Below, piece after piece: positions 40,223 to 48,611 of a stretch of DNA of 64,000 nt (positions are counted from its first letter, which is position 1; each line of letters begins with the position of its first letter). The stretch is from contig CAWCNS010000004.1 in assembly GCA_963796965.1 (NCBI GenBank), forward strand, positions 224,001-288,000. Reading direction: 5' to 3'. The notes beneath the pieces are model-generated. The model was not told the DNA's origin, made no database searches, and worked only from the letters and a program-made list of their open reading frames with translations. This DNA is from Calditrichia bacterium. GTDB lineage: Bacteria; Calditrichota; Calditrichia; JAJRVZ01. Made by a program: the position numbers and the translations under genes.

Positions 40223-41278
40223 ATGGCAGATAAAAAAAAATTAAGCGTAGGTATTGTGGGGATTGGGACAATCGCTGATATTCATGCCCAGGCGATATGG
40301 AAGTCTGATGGATTGGAAATCCACTCTTTTTACAGCCGGAATAAAGAAAGAGCCGAATCAGCGGGTGTGAAATATGGGAAAAAATGGACAACCAACTGGG
40401 ATGAGTTTATTTCTGATAATGATCTTGATGCGGTGTCGATTTGTACACCCAATGGAAATCATATGGACTATGGTGTCAAGGCGGCTGAAGCTGGTAAACA
40501 TGTGATTATCGAAAAACCGATAGAGGTGACGCTAACACGGGCAAAGCAATTGATAAAAATATGTTATAAGCAGGGTGTTAAATTAGCCGTCATTTATCAG
40601 AGCCGGTTCACCCCATCGATCATGTGGATGAAAGAACAAATAAATAATGGGATCATTGGTGACCTTTTTATGGGTGATGCCTATATCAAATGGTTCCGTT
40701 CGCAAAAATATTATGATAGTGGTGAATGGCGTGGAACCTTTGCTCTGGATGGTGGCGGTGTTTTAATAAACCAGGCAATCCATACCATTGATGTACTACA
40801 ATGGTTGATGGGTGGGGTAACGTCACTCTTTGGCCAAATTGGTACTTATACTCATGACCGTCTAGAAGGCGAGGATAATGCCGTGGCTACATTACGTTTT
40901 AGAAATGGGGCAATTGGCACAATTGAAGGATCAACCTCTGTGCAACCGGCACAAACACGTAAAATTGAAATTCATGGATCCATGGGTAGCGCGATACTCG
41001 ATGGAGATGACGCAAAAATATTTATTGATGATCAGATTTTAATCCCACCAATAACAGAGGAAAAAAAACCTGAGGCGAGTGGTTCTTCCAGCCCTTTGGC
41101 CGGATTCTCAATTGAACCACATAAGAATCAATTTGAAGCAATCGCAGCCTCAATTAAATCTGGTGAGGACCCACCGGTTGCCGGTCGTGATAGTCTGGAT
41201 TCACTAGCCATTGTCCTGGCTATCTATGAATCCTCAAAAACGAATAGAGTGATCAATCTGGATGAATTTATGAAATAA
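40223..41278 (+). CDS. Gfo/Idh/MocA NAD(P)-dependent oxidoreductase
   Basis: 'GIVGIGTIA', 'ICTPNGNH', 'GKHVIIEKP', 'GGGVLINQAIHTID'. Confidence 0.92.
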   Translation: MADKKKLSVGIVGIGTIADIHAQAIWKSDGLEIHSFYSRNKERAESAGVKYGKKWTTNWDEFISDNDLDAVSICTPNGNHMDYGVKAAEAGKHVIIEKPIEVTLTRAKQLIKICYKQGVKLAVIYQSRFTPSIMWMKEQINNGIIGDLFMGDAYIKWFRSQKYYDSGEWRGTFALDGGGVLINQAIHTIDVLQWLMGGVTSLFGQIGTYTHDRLEGEDNAVATLRFRNGAIGTIEGSTSVQPAQTRKIEIHGSMGSAILDGDDAKIFIDDQILIPPITEEKKPEASGSSSPLAGFSIEPHKNQFEAIAASIKSGEDPPVAGRDSLDSLAIVLAIYESSKTNRVINLDEFMK

Positions 41279-41284
41279 TATTTT

Positions 41285-41369
41285 TCTCGCAAAGGCGCAA
41301 AAAAGGAGTCCACGAATTACCACCCCCTTTTTCCCCCTCCTTAGTAAGGAGGGGGATTATGGGGGTGGT
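41285..41369. repeat. Three abutting repeat families: CGCAAAG arm, GTCCACGAATT arm, and ACCACCCC...CCCTCCTT-N-AAGGAGGG...GGGGTGGT hairpin (may act as terminator)
   Basis: TCTCGCAAAGGCGCAAA 41285-41301, GTCCACGAATT 41308-41318, hairpin 41319-41369. A degenerate copy of the hairpin lies at ~42186-42227. Confidence 0.75.
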
Positions 41370-41399
41370 TATTTATCTTTTCTTTATAAGAAATCTTCA

Positions 41400-42176
41400 A
41401 TGAAAAACAAATCATTTAAATTAGCCCTCATCCAGATGAAAGTTGAAGGGGGGGAGAGAAAACAGAATCTACGTCGTGCCGAAGAAAAAATTGCAGATGC
41501 TGCCCGAAATAAAGCCCGGGTGATTCTGCTGCCGGAGGCAATGGATCTTGGTTGGACCCATCCCTCTGCATTGACCGAGGCTCAGCCGATTGCCGAAGGT
41601 GAAACAGGTCAATTCTTACGTGGTGAAGCAAAGAAGCATAATGTTTATATCTGTGCTGGATTAATTGAAAAAAGAGATGACGAAGTTTTCAATTCAGCGG
41701 TTTTAATCGATGCCAATGGACAAATCATCTTAAAACATCGTAAGATCAATGAATTAAATATTGGGCGAAAGTATTATAATATTGGGGAAGATCAGGCAAT
41801 CTGTAAAACGGAATTTGGCATATTCGGTCTAATTATTTGTGCTGATGCCAAGAAACGTCGATTGTTGCGGAAACCAGGTGAGGAAGGGGCCTCATTAATT
41901 CTTTCCCCTTGCAGCTGGGCTGTCCCTGCTGATCATGATAACATAAAGACTCCCTATGGTCAGGAATGGGTAGATGCCTATGGTCCACCAGCGAAGGAAT
42001 TCTCCATGTGGGTTGCCGGATGTAGTAATGTGGGCTGGATGAATGCAGGACCCTGGCAGGGATGGAAGGGAATTGGTTGTTCTCTGATCATTGATTCCCA
42101 TGGAGATGTCAACGCAACCGGACCCTATGGAGAGGATGCTGAAGCGATTATTTATGTGGATATTCCTGTTTCATAA
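41400..42176 (+). CDS. Carbon-nitrogen hydrolase (nitrilase superfamily)
   Basis: Glu-Lys-Cys triad in 'LLPEA', 'HRKIN', 'IICAD'. Confidence 0.9.
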   Translation: MKNKSFKLALIQMKVEGGERKQNLRRAEEKIADAARNKARVILLPEAMDLGWTHPSALTEAQPIAEGETGQFLRGEAKKHNVYICAGLIEKRDDEVFNSAVLIDANGQIILKHRKINELNIGRKYYNIGEDQAICKTEFGIFGLIICADAKKRRLLRKPGEEGASLILSPCSWAVPADHDNIKTPYGQEWVDAYGPPAKEFSMWVAGCSNVGWMNAGPWQGWKGIGCSLIIDSHGDVNATGPYGEDAEAIIYVDIPVS

Positions 42177-42249
42177 TAAATAATTACCATCTTTTTAATC
42201 CCTTGCCTTAATAAGGAGGGAATTGGTATAAGGCGAAATGATATATTTT

Positions 42250-42342
42250 GTAATCCTGAATTTATTTCAGGATCTAAGACCTCAATGAAAATAAGATTCC
42301 GAAACAAGCCTGTCCTGGAGTCAGGCCAGGATTCGGATTGAC
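42250..42342. repeat. GTAATCCTGAATTTATTTCAGGATCT...AGATTCCGAAACAAG/TTCGGATTGAC REP-like doublet with a 23-nt insert
   Basis: The right hairpin is interrupted by CCTGTCCTGGAGTCAGGCCAGGA (42309-42331). An uninterrupted relative, AGATGCCGAAATAAATTCGGCATGAC, lies at 59994-60019. Confidence 0.75.
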
Positions 42343-42399
42343 TTATAGTAAAAGATTCAAATTTATTGCAGACATATAGGAAAATAAAATGGAGGTAAC

Positions 42400-44328
42400 A
42401 TGAAGGTATTATATTTTTCGATGATTTTTATCATCTTAATGTCAATTATCCCCGCATTCTCACAAATCCAAACTACAGTCATGCCTCGGCCTGGTTTTGA
42501 GAGTCGAATTACAGATGCTGTTAATGATATATGGATTATCGATACCCATGAGCATATGGAGACCGAGGAAAGAAGGCTTGAACAAAAAAACCTTGATTTT
42601 ACTTATTTGTTCAAACAATATGCCATCGAGGACCTGGTTTCTGCCAGTAATCTACATGGCCTGATCAGTGTGATATTCTCTGATCATTTTTCATTGAAAG
42701 ATCGTTGGGAGTTGTTCAAACCACATTTTGAAGCGATGAGAACAACCGGTTATGGACGGGTACCGCTTATTGCTGCCAACGATCTATTTGGTATATCGGA
42801 TATAAACGATGATACCTATGCGGAGCTATCGCAGAAAATAAAGGAAGCAGGAAAACCTGGTTATTATAAATATGTATTAAAGGACAGAGCACGCATAGAC
42901 CTCTCTATTCAGGATTCCGGTAAACAAAAATATGATCCTGAGTTTTACAGACATGTGGAACGGTTTGATAATTTTATTTTTATCTTTAATAAAAGTCAGA
43001 TCAGACAAGCAGGCAGTCCATATAAAATAGATGTAAAATCTCTGGATGATTTTGAAACCGCATTGCGTAAGGCCTTCGAAGAAGGCATTGGTCATGAAAT
43101 GGTCGGCATAAAAAGCGGACTTGCTTACAACCGTATTCTCAGATATGATAAAGTCAGTAAAGACGATGCGACGACCATTTTTAACAAACTGATGACCCGC
43201 GATGACTCACTACCCAGGCCTGAGTTTGAAGAAGTTAAACCGTTACAGGATTATATAATGCACTGTGTTTTGGATCTGGCAAAAGAATATGATATGCCTT
43301 TCCAGATTCATACGGGGCTTCATGCTGGCAACGGTAATATCATCACCAATTCAAAACCGACGCACCTTGTAAATCTTTTTATGGAATATCCTGAGGTTAA
43401 TTTCTGCCTTTTCCACAGCAGTTATCCCTATGGAGGAGAACTATCAACCCTGGCAAAAAATTTCCCGAATGTATTTATTGATATGTGTTGGTCTGCGATT
43501 ATATCACCCTCCTATAGTAAGCGTTATCTCCATGAATGGCTGGAAACAGTCCCGGCCAATAAGATTATGGCTTTTGGTGGGGATTTTGGTGGGGTTGAAT
43601 GTATTTATGCCCATTCGGTCATGGCCAGAAGAATAGTAGCTTCTGTGCTGATTGAGAAAGTGGCTGATGGGTATATGACCGAAAAGGAGGCGATTAGCGT
43701 CGCAAACAGGGTCCTACGTGAAAATGCCATGGAGATATTTAAAATTAATGGAAAGTCCCGCGGTATTGCCAATATGGAAGTTTTGCAGAAACCCGGATTC
43801 CTACATGATTGGTGGCAATTACATAAATCTACGGATGGATTGGTTATGAACTGGCAGGTAATCGGTCCATTTGAATTTGGAAAAGGTTTGGAGGAGATCT
43901 ATCCGCCGGAGAAGGAAATTGATCTTGATGCGACATATCAGTCAGCAGATGGGCCAGTTAAATGGAAAAAGATAACCACCCCAACTTCGGGCTATTTGAA
44001 TTTTCTGGATGTTTTCTATAAAAATCCGGAAGATAATCCGGCTGATCTTTCAGCTATTGGGTATGCTTATATCAGGGTTGAAAGTCCCAATGACAGGAAG
44101 ATTCAGTTAACCCTTGGTAGTAATGATGGTGCAAAATTGTGGGTAAACAAAAAGGTCATCTATAATGAGCATGTGGGACGTGGCGCTGTAGCAGATCAGG
44201 TCTTCCTTGATGCTAATCTCAATAAAGGTGTCAATCATATTTTGGTGAAGGTAGAGAATCTTGGTTATAACTGGGGATTGTATCTCCGTGTGGTTGATCC
44301 TAAAAATGAATTGGTTATAAAAAATTAG
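42400..44328 (+). CDS. Secreted amidohydrolase-superfamily protein with shared C-terminal module
   Basis: Signal peptide; 'IIDTHEH', 'QIHTG', 'LFHSSYPY', 'FIDMCW', 'FGGD'. CTD at 43840-44328. Confidence 0.8.
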   Translation: MKVLYFSMIFIILMSIIPAFSQIQTTVMPRPGFESRITDAVNDIWIIDTHEHMETEERRLEQKNLDFTYLFKQYAIEDLVSASNLHGLISVIFSDHFSLKDRWELFKPHFEAMRTTGYGRVPLIAANDLFGISDINDDTYAELSQKIKEAGKPGYYKYVLKDRARIDLSIQDSGKQKYDPEFYRHVERFDNFIFIFNKSQIRQAGSPYKIDVKSLDDFETALRKAFEEGIGHEMVGIKSGLAYNRILRYDKVSKDDATTIFNKLMTRDDSLPRPEFEEVKPLQDYIMHCVLDLAKEYDMPFQIHTGLHAGNGNIITNSKPTHLVNLFMEYPEVNFCLFHSSYPYGGELSTLAKNFPNVFIDMCWSAIISPSYSKRYLHEWLETVPANKIMAFGGDFGGVECIYAHSVMARRIVASVLIEKVADGYMTEKEAISVANRVLRENAMEIFKINGKSRGIANMEVLQKPGFLHDWWQLHKSTDGLVMNWQVIGPFEFGKGLEEIYPPEKEIDLDATYQSADGPVKWKKITTPTSGYLNFLDVFYKNPEDNPADLSAIGYAYIRVESPNDRKIQLTLGSNDGAKLWVNKKVIYNEHVGRGAVADQVFLDANLNKGVNHILVKVENLGYNWGLYLRVVDPKNELVIKN

Positions 44329-44374
44329 ATAACTCATGATAGTATCATCCCGATTAAATCTGGACATAAAAAAA

Positions 44375-44474
44375 TTACCACAAAGGGCATAAAGAAGGTA
44401 CAATGTACACTAAGAAATATCTCTTAATTAAAAACTTTGTGATCTTAGTGCCTTCTTTGTGCACTTTGTGGTTA
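44375..44474. repeat. CACAAAG/CACTAAG-family inverted-repeat element, copy 2
   Basis: TTACCACAAAGGGCATAAAGAAGGTACAATGTACACTAAG ... AAAAACTTTGTGATCTTAGTGCCTTCTTTGTGCACTTTGTGGTTA. The right arm closely matches 16235-16277. Confidence 0.8.
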
Positions 44475-44537
44475 AAAAGCAGATAAACAATTGAATAGAT
44501 CATTAGAAAACAGAAAGCATCTATAAAAAGGAAAAAC

Positions 44538-46721
44538 ATGAAAGACCTATTAATCTTTTGTAGTTCGATTCTGATTGTCTTGATTAATGCTGTTTGTTTT
44601 GCACAGAATGACCAGGAACTACCCCTTATTGATATTTCTCAGGAAACCAATCGCCATGTCATTGTAGCAGAGGGAACAGAAGATATTTATCAGGGGCATC
44701 CGACAACGCTTCTATTACCAGATGGGAAAACACTATTTTGTGTATGGAGCATTGGTCATGGAGGTCATGCCGGTCCTATGGCTGTGAGTCGAAACGGTGG
44801 TTTCAGCTGGGAAAGGATCGACGATCAATTACCCACAGGTTTCAAAGAACATATTAATTGTCCGAGTATTTACCGAATGATGGATATGAAAACCGGAAAG
44901 ATCAGGCTTTGGGTGTTTTCTGCCAGACCGACCATGCCCCGAATTATGAGCGAAGATGGCGGAAAAACATGGACTGAAATGCCGCCCCTGGGTTTTGAAT
45001 GTGTAATGACATTCAGTAGCATAATTAGATTATCGGATGGAAACTATCTGGGATTTTATCATCGCCGGAAAGGTTCTTCCTTAGTAGTATTAAAAACCAA
45101 AACAGAGGATGGCGGAATGAGCTGGTCTGAGCCTCAGGTTATAGCAGATGTTGAGGGAAAAGATCCTTGTGAACCTTTTGTTTTTCGGTCCCCCAATAAT
45201 AAAGAGTTATGCTGTCTCATGAGGGAGAATACACATAAAGGTCGCAGTCTGATGATGTTCAGTGGGGATGAAGGGAAATCATGGAGTGATCCTGTTGATA
45301 CACCATGGGGATTATCAGGGGACAGACACATGGGAGTATACACACCGGACGGCCGGTTAGTGATTGCATTTCGCGATATGGCGCCTAATAGTCCAACGTA
45401 TGGGCATTTTGTCGCCTGGGTAGGAACCTATGGCGATATTCGCAATAGTCAACCCGGAGAATACAGGGTGAAGTTATTGAATAGTTATGCCGGTAAAGAT
45501 TGTGGATATCCAGGAATGGAATTATTGCCAGACGGAACAATTGTTGCGACAACATACATCAAATATAGGGACGATAAGAACAAACATTCTGTTGTCAGTA
45601 CACGATTCAAGATTCAGGAAACGGATGTTAAGAATGCAAAGTATATACTGGATAACAGTAAATTAAAGGATGAAGCACCCTTTTTTCACACTCAAATACT
45701 TTATAAATCGGAGCAAGACAATTCGGCCAGAGGTCCGCATATTACGGTAGCTCCTAATGGGACCATTCTGGCATTTGGTCGATGGTGCCGTTCCATCCGG
45801 AGAAGTAAGGATAAAGGTAGGACCTGGTCACCAGAAGAAAGTCTTGGTTTTAAAGGAAATAATGTTTTAGTAGATGATGTATCGGGAGATGTTCTTATCA
45901 TTGCTCCGAATCAGGAAAATCCGTGTCTGTACAGAAGCAGAGATAACGGATATACCTGGAAAAAGGAAAACATTGTTATCAAACCCAATGTAATGCAACA
46001 TGGTATAGGAAAAGTACCCATTGACGTGGAGGCAATGAATACGGGGATTACGCTTAAATACGGGGAGCATAAGGGACGCTTGCTCATCGCCGGACGTTTG
46101 CAGCCCCCGGATGGTGATAATGCTCAGGAATACTGGATGTATAATTACAATGCAGCTCTGTACAGTGATGACAGGGGAAAAACATGGCAGGTGAGTAATG
46201 GAATTATGACCGGGACAGGCGAGGCTGTTCTTGAAGAATTATCGGATGGTAGAATTTACTACAACTCCAGATCGCATATGTCGGTTGATCACAGGCGGCG
46301 TATAGCATGGAGTTACGATGGAGGCAACAGGTTTGTTGACTGGTATGTTTCGGATGACCTTTTTGAGATAGGTGAACCTTTCTACTACAAACACGGAAGC
46401 AGACCAAGTTATGGATGCATGGCGGGTTTAATACGTTTCCCCGATGGTCTAACTGAAGGTAAAGATGTTTTACTATATAGTGCTCCGGATTGGAAAGGCG
46501 GATGGCGTTTTCAAATGACCGTTTGGGCTTCCTTTAATGGTTCTGCCACTTGGCCAATAAAACGTCTTATCGACCAGAGTTTTAGTGCTTACTCATCCCT
46601 GACAGTCGATAAAGATGGTACTATCTATCTGCTTTACGAAGGTGGAGAAAACAAATTGTATGATGAAACAAGTATCGCGGTATTTAATCTTAGGTGGTTA
46701 CTTATGGGAGATGAATACTAA
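44538..46721 (+). CDS. Secreted tandem Asp-box (BNR) beta-propeller protein, sialidase/GH33-like
   Basis: Asp-boxes [65 protein letters not shown]-terminal 'SAYSSL...LLYEGG'. Confidence 0.8.
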   Translation: MKDLLIFCSSILIVLINAVCFAQNDQELPLIDISQETNRHVIVAEGTEDIYQGHPTTLLLPDGKTLFCVWSIGHGGHAGPMAVSRNGGFSWERIDDQLPTGFKEHINCPSIYRMMDMKTGKIRLWVFSARPTMPRIMSEDGGKTWTEMPPLGFECVMTFSSIIRLSDGNYLGFYHRRKGSSLVVLKTKTEDGGMSWSEPQVIADVEGKDPCEPFVFRSPNNKELCCLMRENTHKGRSLMMFSGDEGKSWSDPVDTPWGLSGDRHMGVYTPDGRLVIAFRDMAPNSPTYGHFVAWVGTYGDIRNSQPGEYRVKLLNSYAGKDCGYPGMELLPDGTIVATTYIKYRDDKNKHSVVSTRFKIQETDVKNAKYILDNSKLKDEAPFFHTQILYKSEQDNSARGPHITVAPNGTILAFGRWCRSIRRSKDKGRTWSPEESLGFKGNNVLVDDVSGDVLIIAPNQENPCLYRSRDNGYTWKKENIVIKPNVMQHGIGKVPIDVEAMNTGITLKYGEHKGRLLIAGRLQPPDGDNAQEYWMYNYNAALYSDDRGKTWQVSNGIMTGTGEAVLEELSDGRIYYNSRSHMSVDHRRRIAWSYDGGNRFVDWYVSDDLFEIGEPFYYKHGSRPSYGCMAGLIRFPDGLTEGKDVLLYSAPDWKGGWRFQMTVWASFNGSATWPIKRLIDQSFSAYSSLTVDKDGTIYLLYEGGENKLYDETSIAVFNLRWLLMGDEY

Positions 46722-46826
46722 GTTCAAAATAACTTTGTAATGGAGTCGGAATATAAAGAAATACAAAAAAGCAGGGTCATTTTATCTCTTAATTTAATTG
46801 CGTCAAAATAGACAGCTTAAAATAAA

Positions 46827-46841
46827 TGGCACATTATTTGC
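46827..46841 (+). promoter_or_regulatory. Candidate sigma-54 (-24/-12) promoter
   Basis: TGGCAC-ATTAT-TTGC, GG and GC separated by 10 nt, ~60 nt upstream of the helicase ATG. Confidence 0.5.
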
Positions 46842-46901
46842 GCATTAAATAGGAAATCTATCAATTAAAACATGAGAATTTATAAAAAAAAGAAATGACC
46901 C

Positions 46902-48611
46902 ATGAACCAAAGTGAAGCTTTAGCGATATTAAAATCAGGTAGAAATGTTTTTCTTACAGGTGCAGCCGGTGCCGGTAAAACACATGTTTTAAACTTGTAT
47001 ATTGGCTATTTAAAAGAACGGAAAGTACCCGTAGCAGTTACGGCTTCCACTGGTATTGCAGCCACTCATATGAACGGAATGACCATCCATGCCTGGTCAG
47101 GGATCGGCATAAAAGATACCATTACAAGCGGCGATCTGCGAAACATGCAGACGAAGAAGTATCTTATAAAGAACCTGAAAAAAGCCCAGGTGCTCATTAT
47201 TGATGAAATATCCATGTTGCATAAAAAGCAATTTGAAATGGTAGATAAAGTATTACGTTCTTTTAGAGAAGACAATACGGTGTTTGGTGGTGTCCAGCTT
47301 GTGCTTTCCGGTGATTTCTTTCAACTACCTCCTATAGGAAGCCAGGGAGAATTCAATAAAGATAAGTTCGCTTTTATGTCGCAAGCCTGGCGGGAAGCCA
47401 ATCTTGCTGTCTGCTACGTAACCGAACAATACCGCCAGGAGGACAATTCTTTAAATGATATTTTGAATGAAATCCGCTGTGATCAGGTATCACCTCATTC
47501 CATGAAAAAATTAGAAGACGCAAAAATGCAAATATTAAACCCACAAAAAAAGCCAACCAAAATGTTTACACACAACTGTGATGTCGAGAAAATAAACAAG
47601 CGTCATTTAAATGAACTTTCAGGTAAAAGCAAACGGTTTAAGGCGGCTGTAAAAGGAAATAAAAAGCTGGTCGAGACCCTAAAAAAATCTGTTCTGACTG
47701 ATGAGGAGCTGGAGGTGAAAAGCGGGGCTAAAGTAATGTTTGTGAAAAATAATTACGAAAAGGGTTATGTTAATGGAACTCTTGGACATATAACGGGATT
47801 CTCCGATGACGGCTTTCCCATCGTAAAAACATTTTCAGGGAAATACATTTATGTTGAACCGGAAGAATGGTCTGTGGAGAATGATACGGGTAAGAATTTA
47901 GCATCGTTCATCCAGTTACCGCTTAGGCTGGCCTGGGCAATTACGGTGCATAAAAGCCAGGGTATGACCCTGGACTCTGCAGAAATTGACCTGGGTAAAA
48001 CTTTTGAAAAAGGACAAGGCTATGTTGCTTTATCTCGATTGAAAACTTTACAGGGCCTGCAGTTAAAAGAGATGAATTTCGTTGCTTTACAAGTTGATCC
48101 TCTAGCAGGTAAGGCTGATAAGCGCTTTCAGGAATTATCCGCAGAAGTGGAAGAAAGTATGCCTGGAAAAAAAGAGATTGATAAGCTGGCCCTGCGCTTT
48201 ATTAAAAAATGCGGTGGGATTACAGATCCGGGAGAAATAGAAAAATTCAGCAAAAAAGTCAAAGAGAAAAAAAATCCTAAAAAATCAACTTATCTGATCA
48301 GTAAGCAACATATTGATAATGGTCTTACCCTAAATGAGATTGCCCGGGAACGCGGTCTGACCAGAAGAACAATAATCGGGCATCTTGCCAAAATAAGAGA
48401 AAAATACCCTGAAACAGATATTTCCACATTTAAACCTGCGGACGCTTTAATGAATAAACTTCAAGATGCCTATGATAAACTGATTGCAGAAAACAATCGT
48501 GAAAACTTTCAACAAAATGGTTTAATATCAATGAAAGCGTTGTTTGATGCTATGGGTGGGAAAGTGAGTTATGAAGATATAAAACTGGGTATGGCCTTCT
48601 TAGTAAAATGA
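46902..48611 (+). CDS. Pif1-family SF1B DNA helicase with C-terminal HTH
   Basis: 'TGAAGAGKT', 'ASTGIAA', 'IIDEISM', 'FGG...GDFFQLPP', 'QLPLRLAWAITVHKSQGMTL', 'YVALSR'. C-terminal 'IARERGLTRRTIIGHL'. Confidence 0.92.
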   Translation: MNQSEALAILKSGRNVFLTGAAGAGKTHVLNLYIGYLKERKVPVAVTASTGIAATHMNGMTIHAWSGIGIKDTITSGDLRNMQTKKYLIKNLKKAQVLIIDEISMLHKKQFEMVDKVLRSFREDNTVFGGVQLVLSGDFFQLPPIGSQGEFNKDKFAFMSQAWREANLAVCYVTEQYRQEDNSLNDILNEIRCDQVSPHSMKKLEDAKMQILNPQKKPTKMFTHNCDVEKINKRHLNELSGKSKRFKAAVKGNKKLVETLKKSVLTDEELEVKSGAKVMFVKNNYEKGYVNGTLGHITGFSDDGFPIVKTFSGKYIYVEPEEWSVENDTGKNLASFIQLPLRLAWAITVHKSQGMTLDSAEIDLGKTFEKGQGYVALSRLKTLQGLQLKEMNFVALQVDPLAGKADKRFQELSAEVEESMPGKKEIDKLALRFIKKCGGITDPGEIEKFSKKVKEKKNPKKSTYLISKQHIDNGLTLNEIARERGLTRRTIIGHLAKIREKYPETDISTFKPADALMNKLQDAYDKLIAENNRENFQQNGLISMKALFDAMGGKVSYEDIKLGMAFLVK

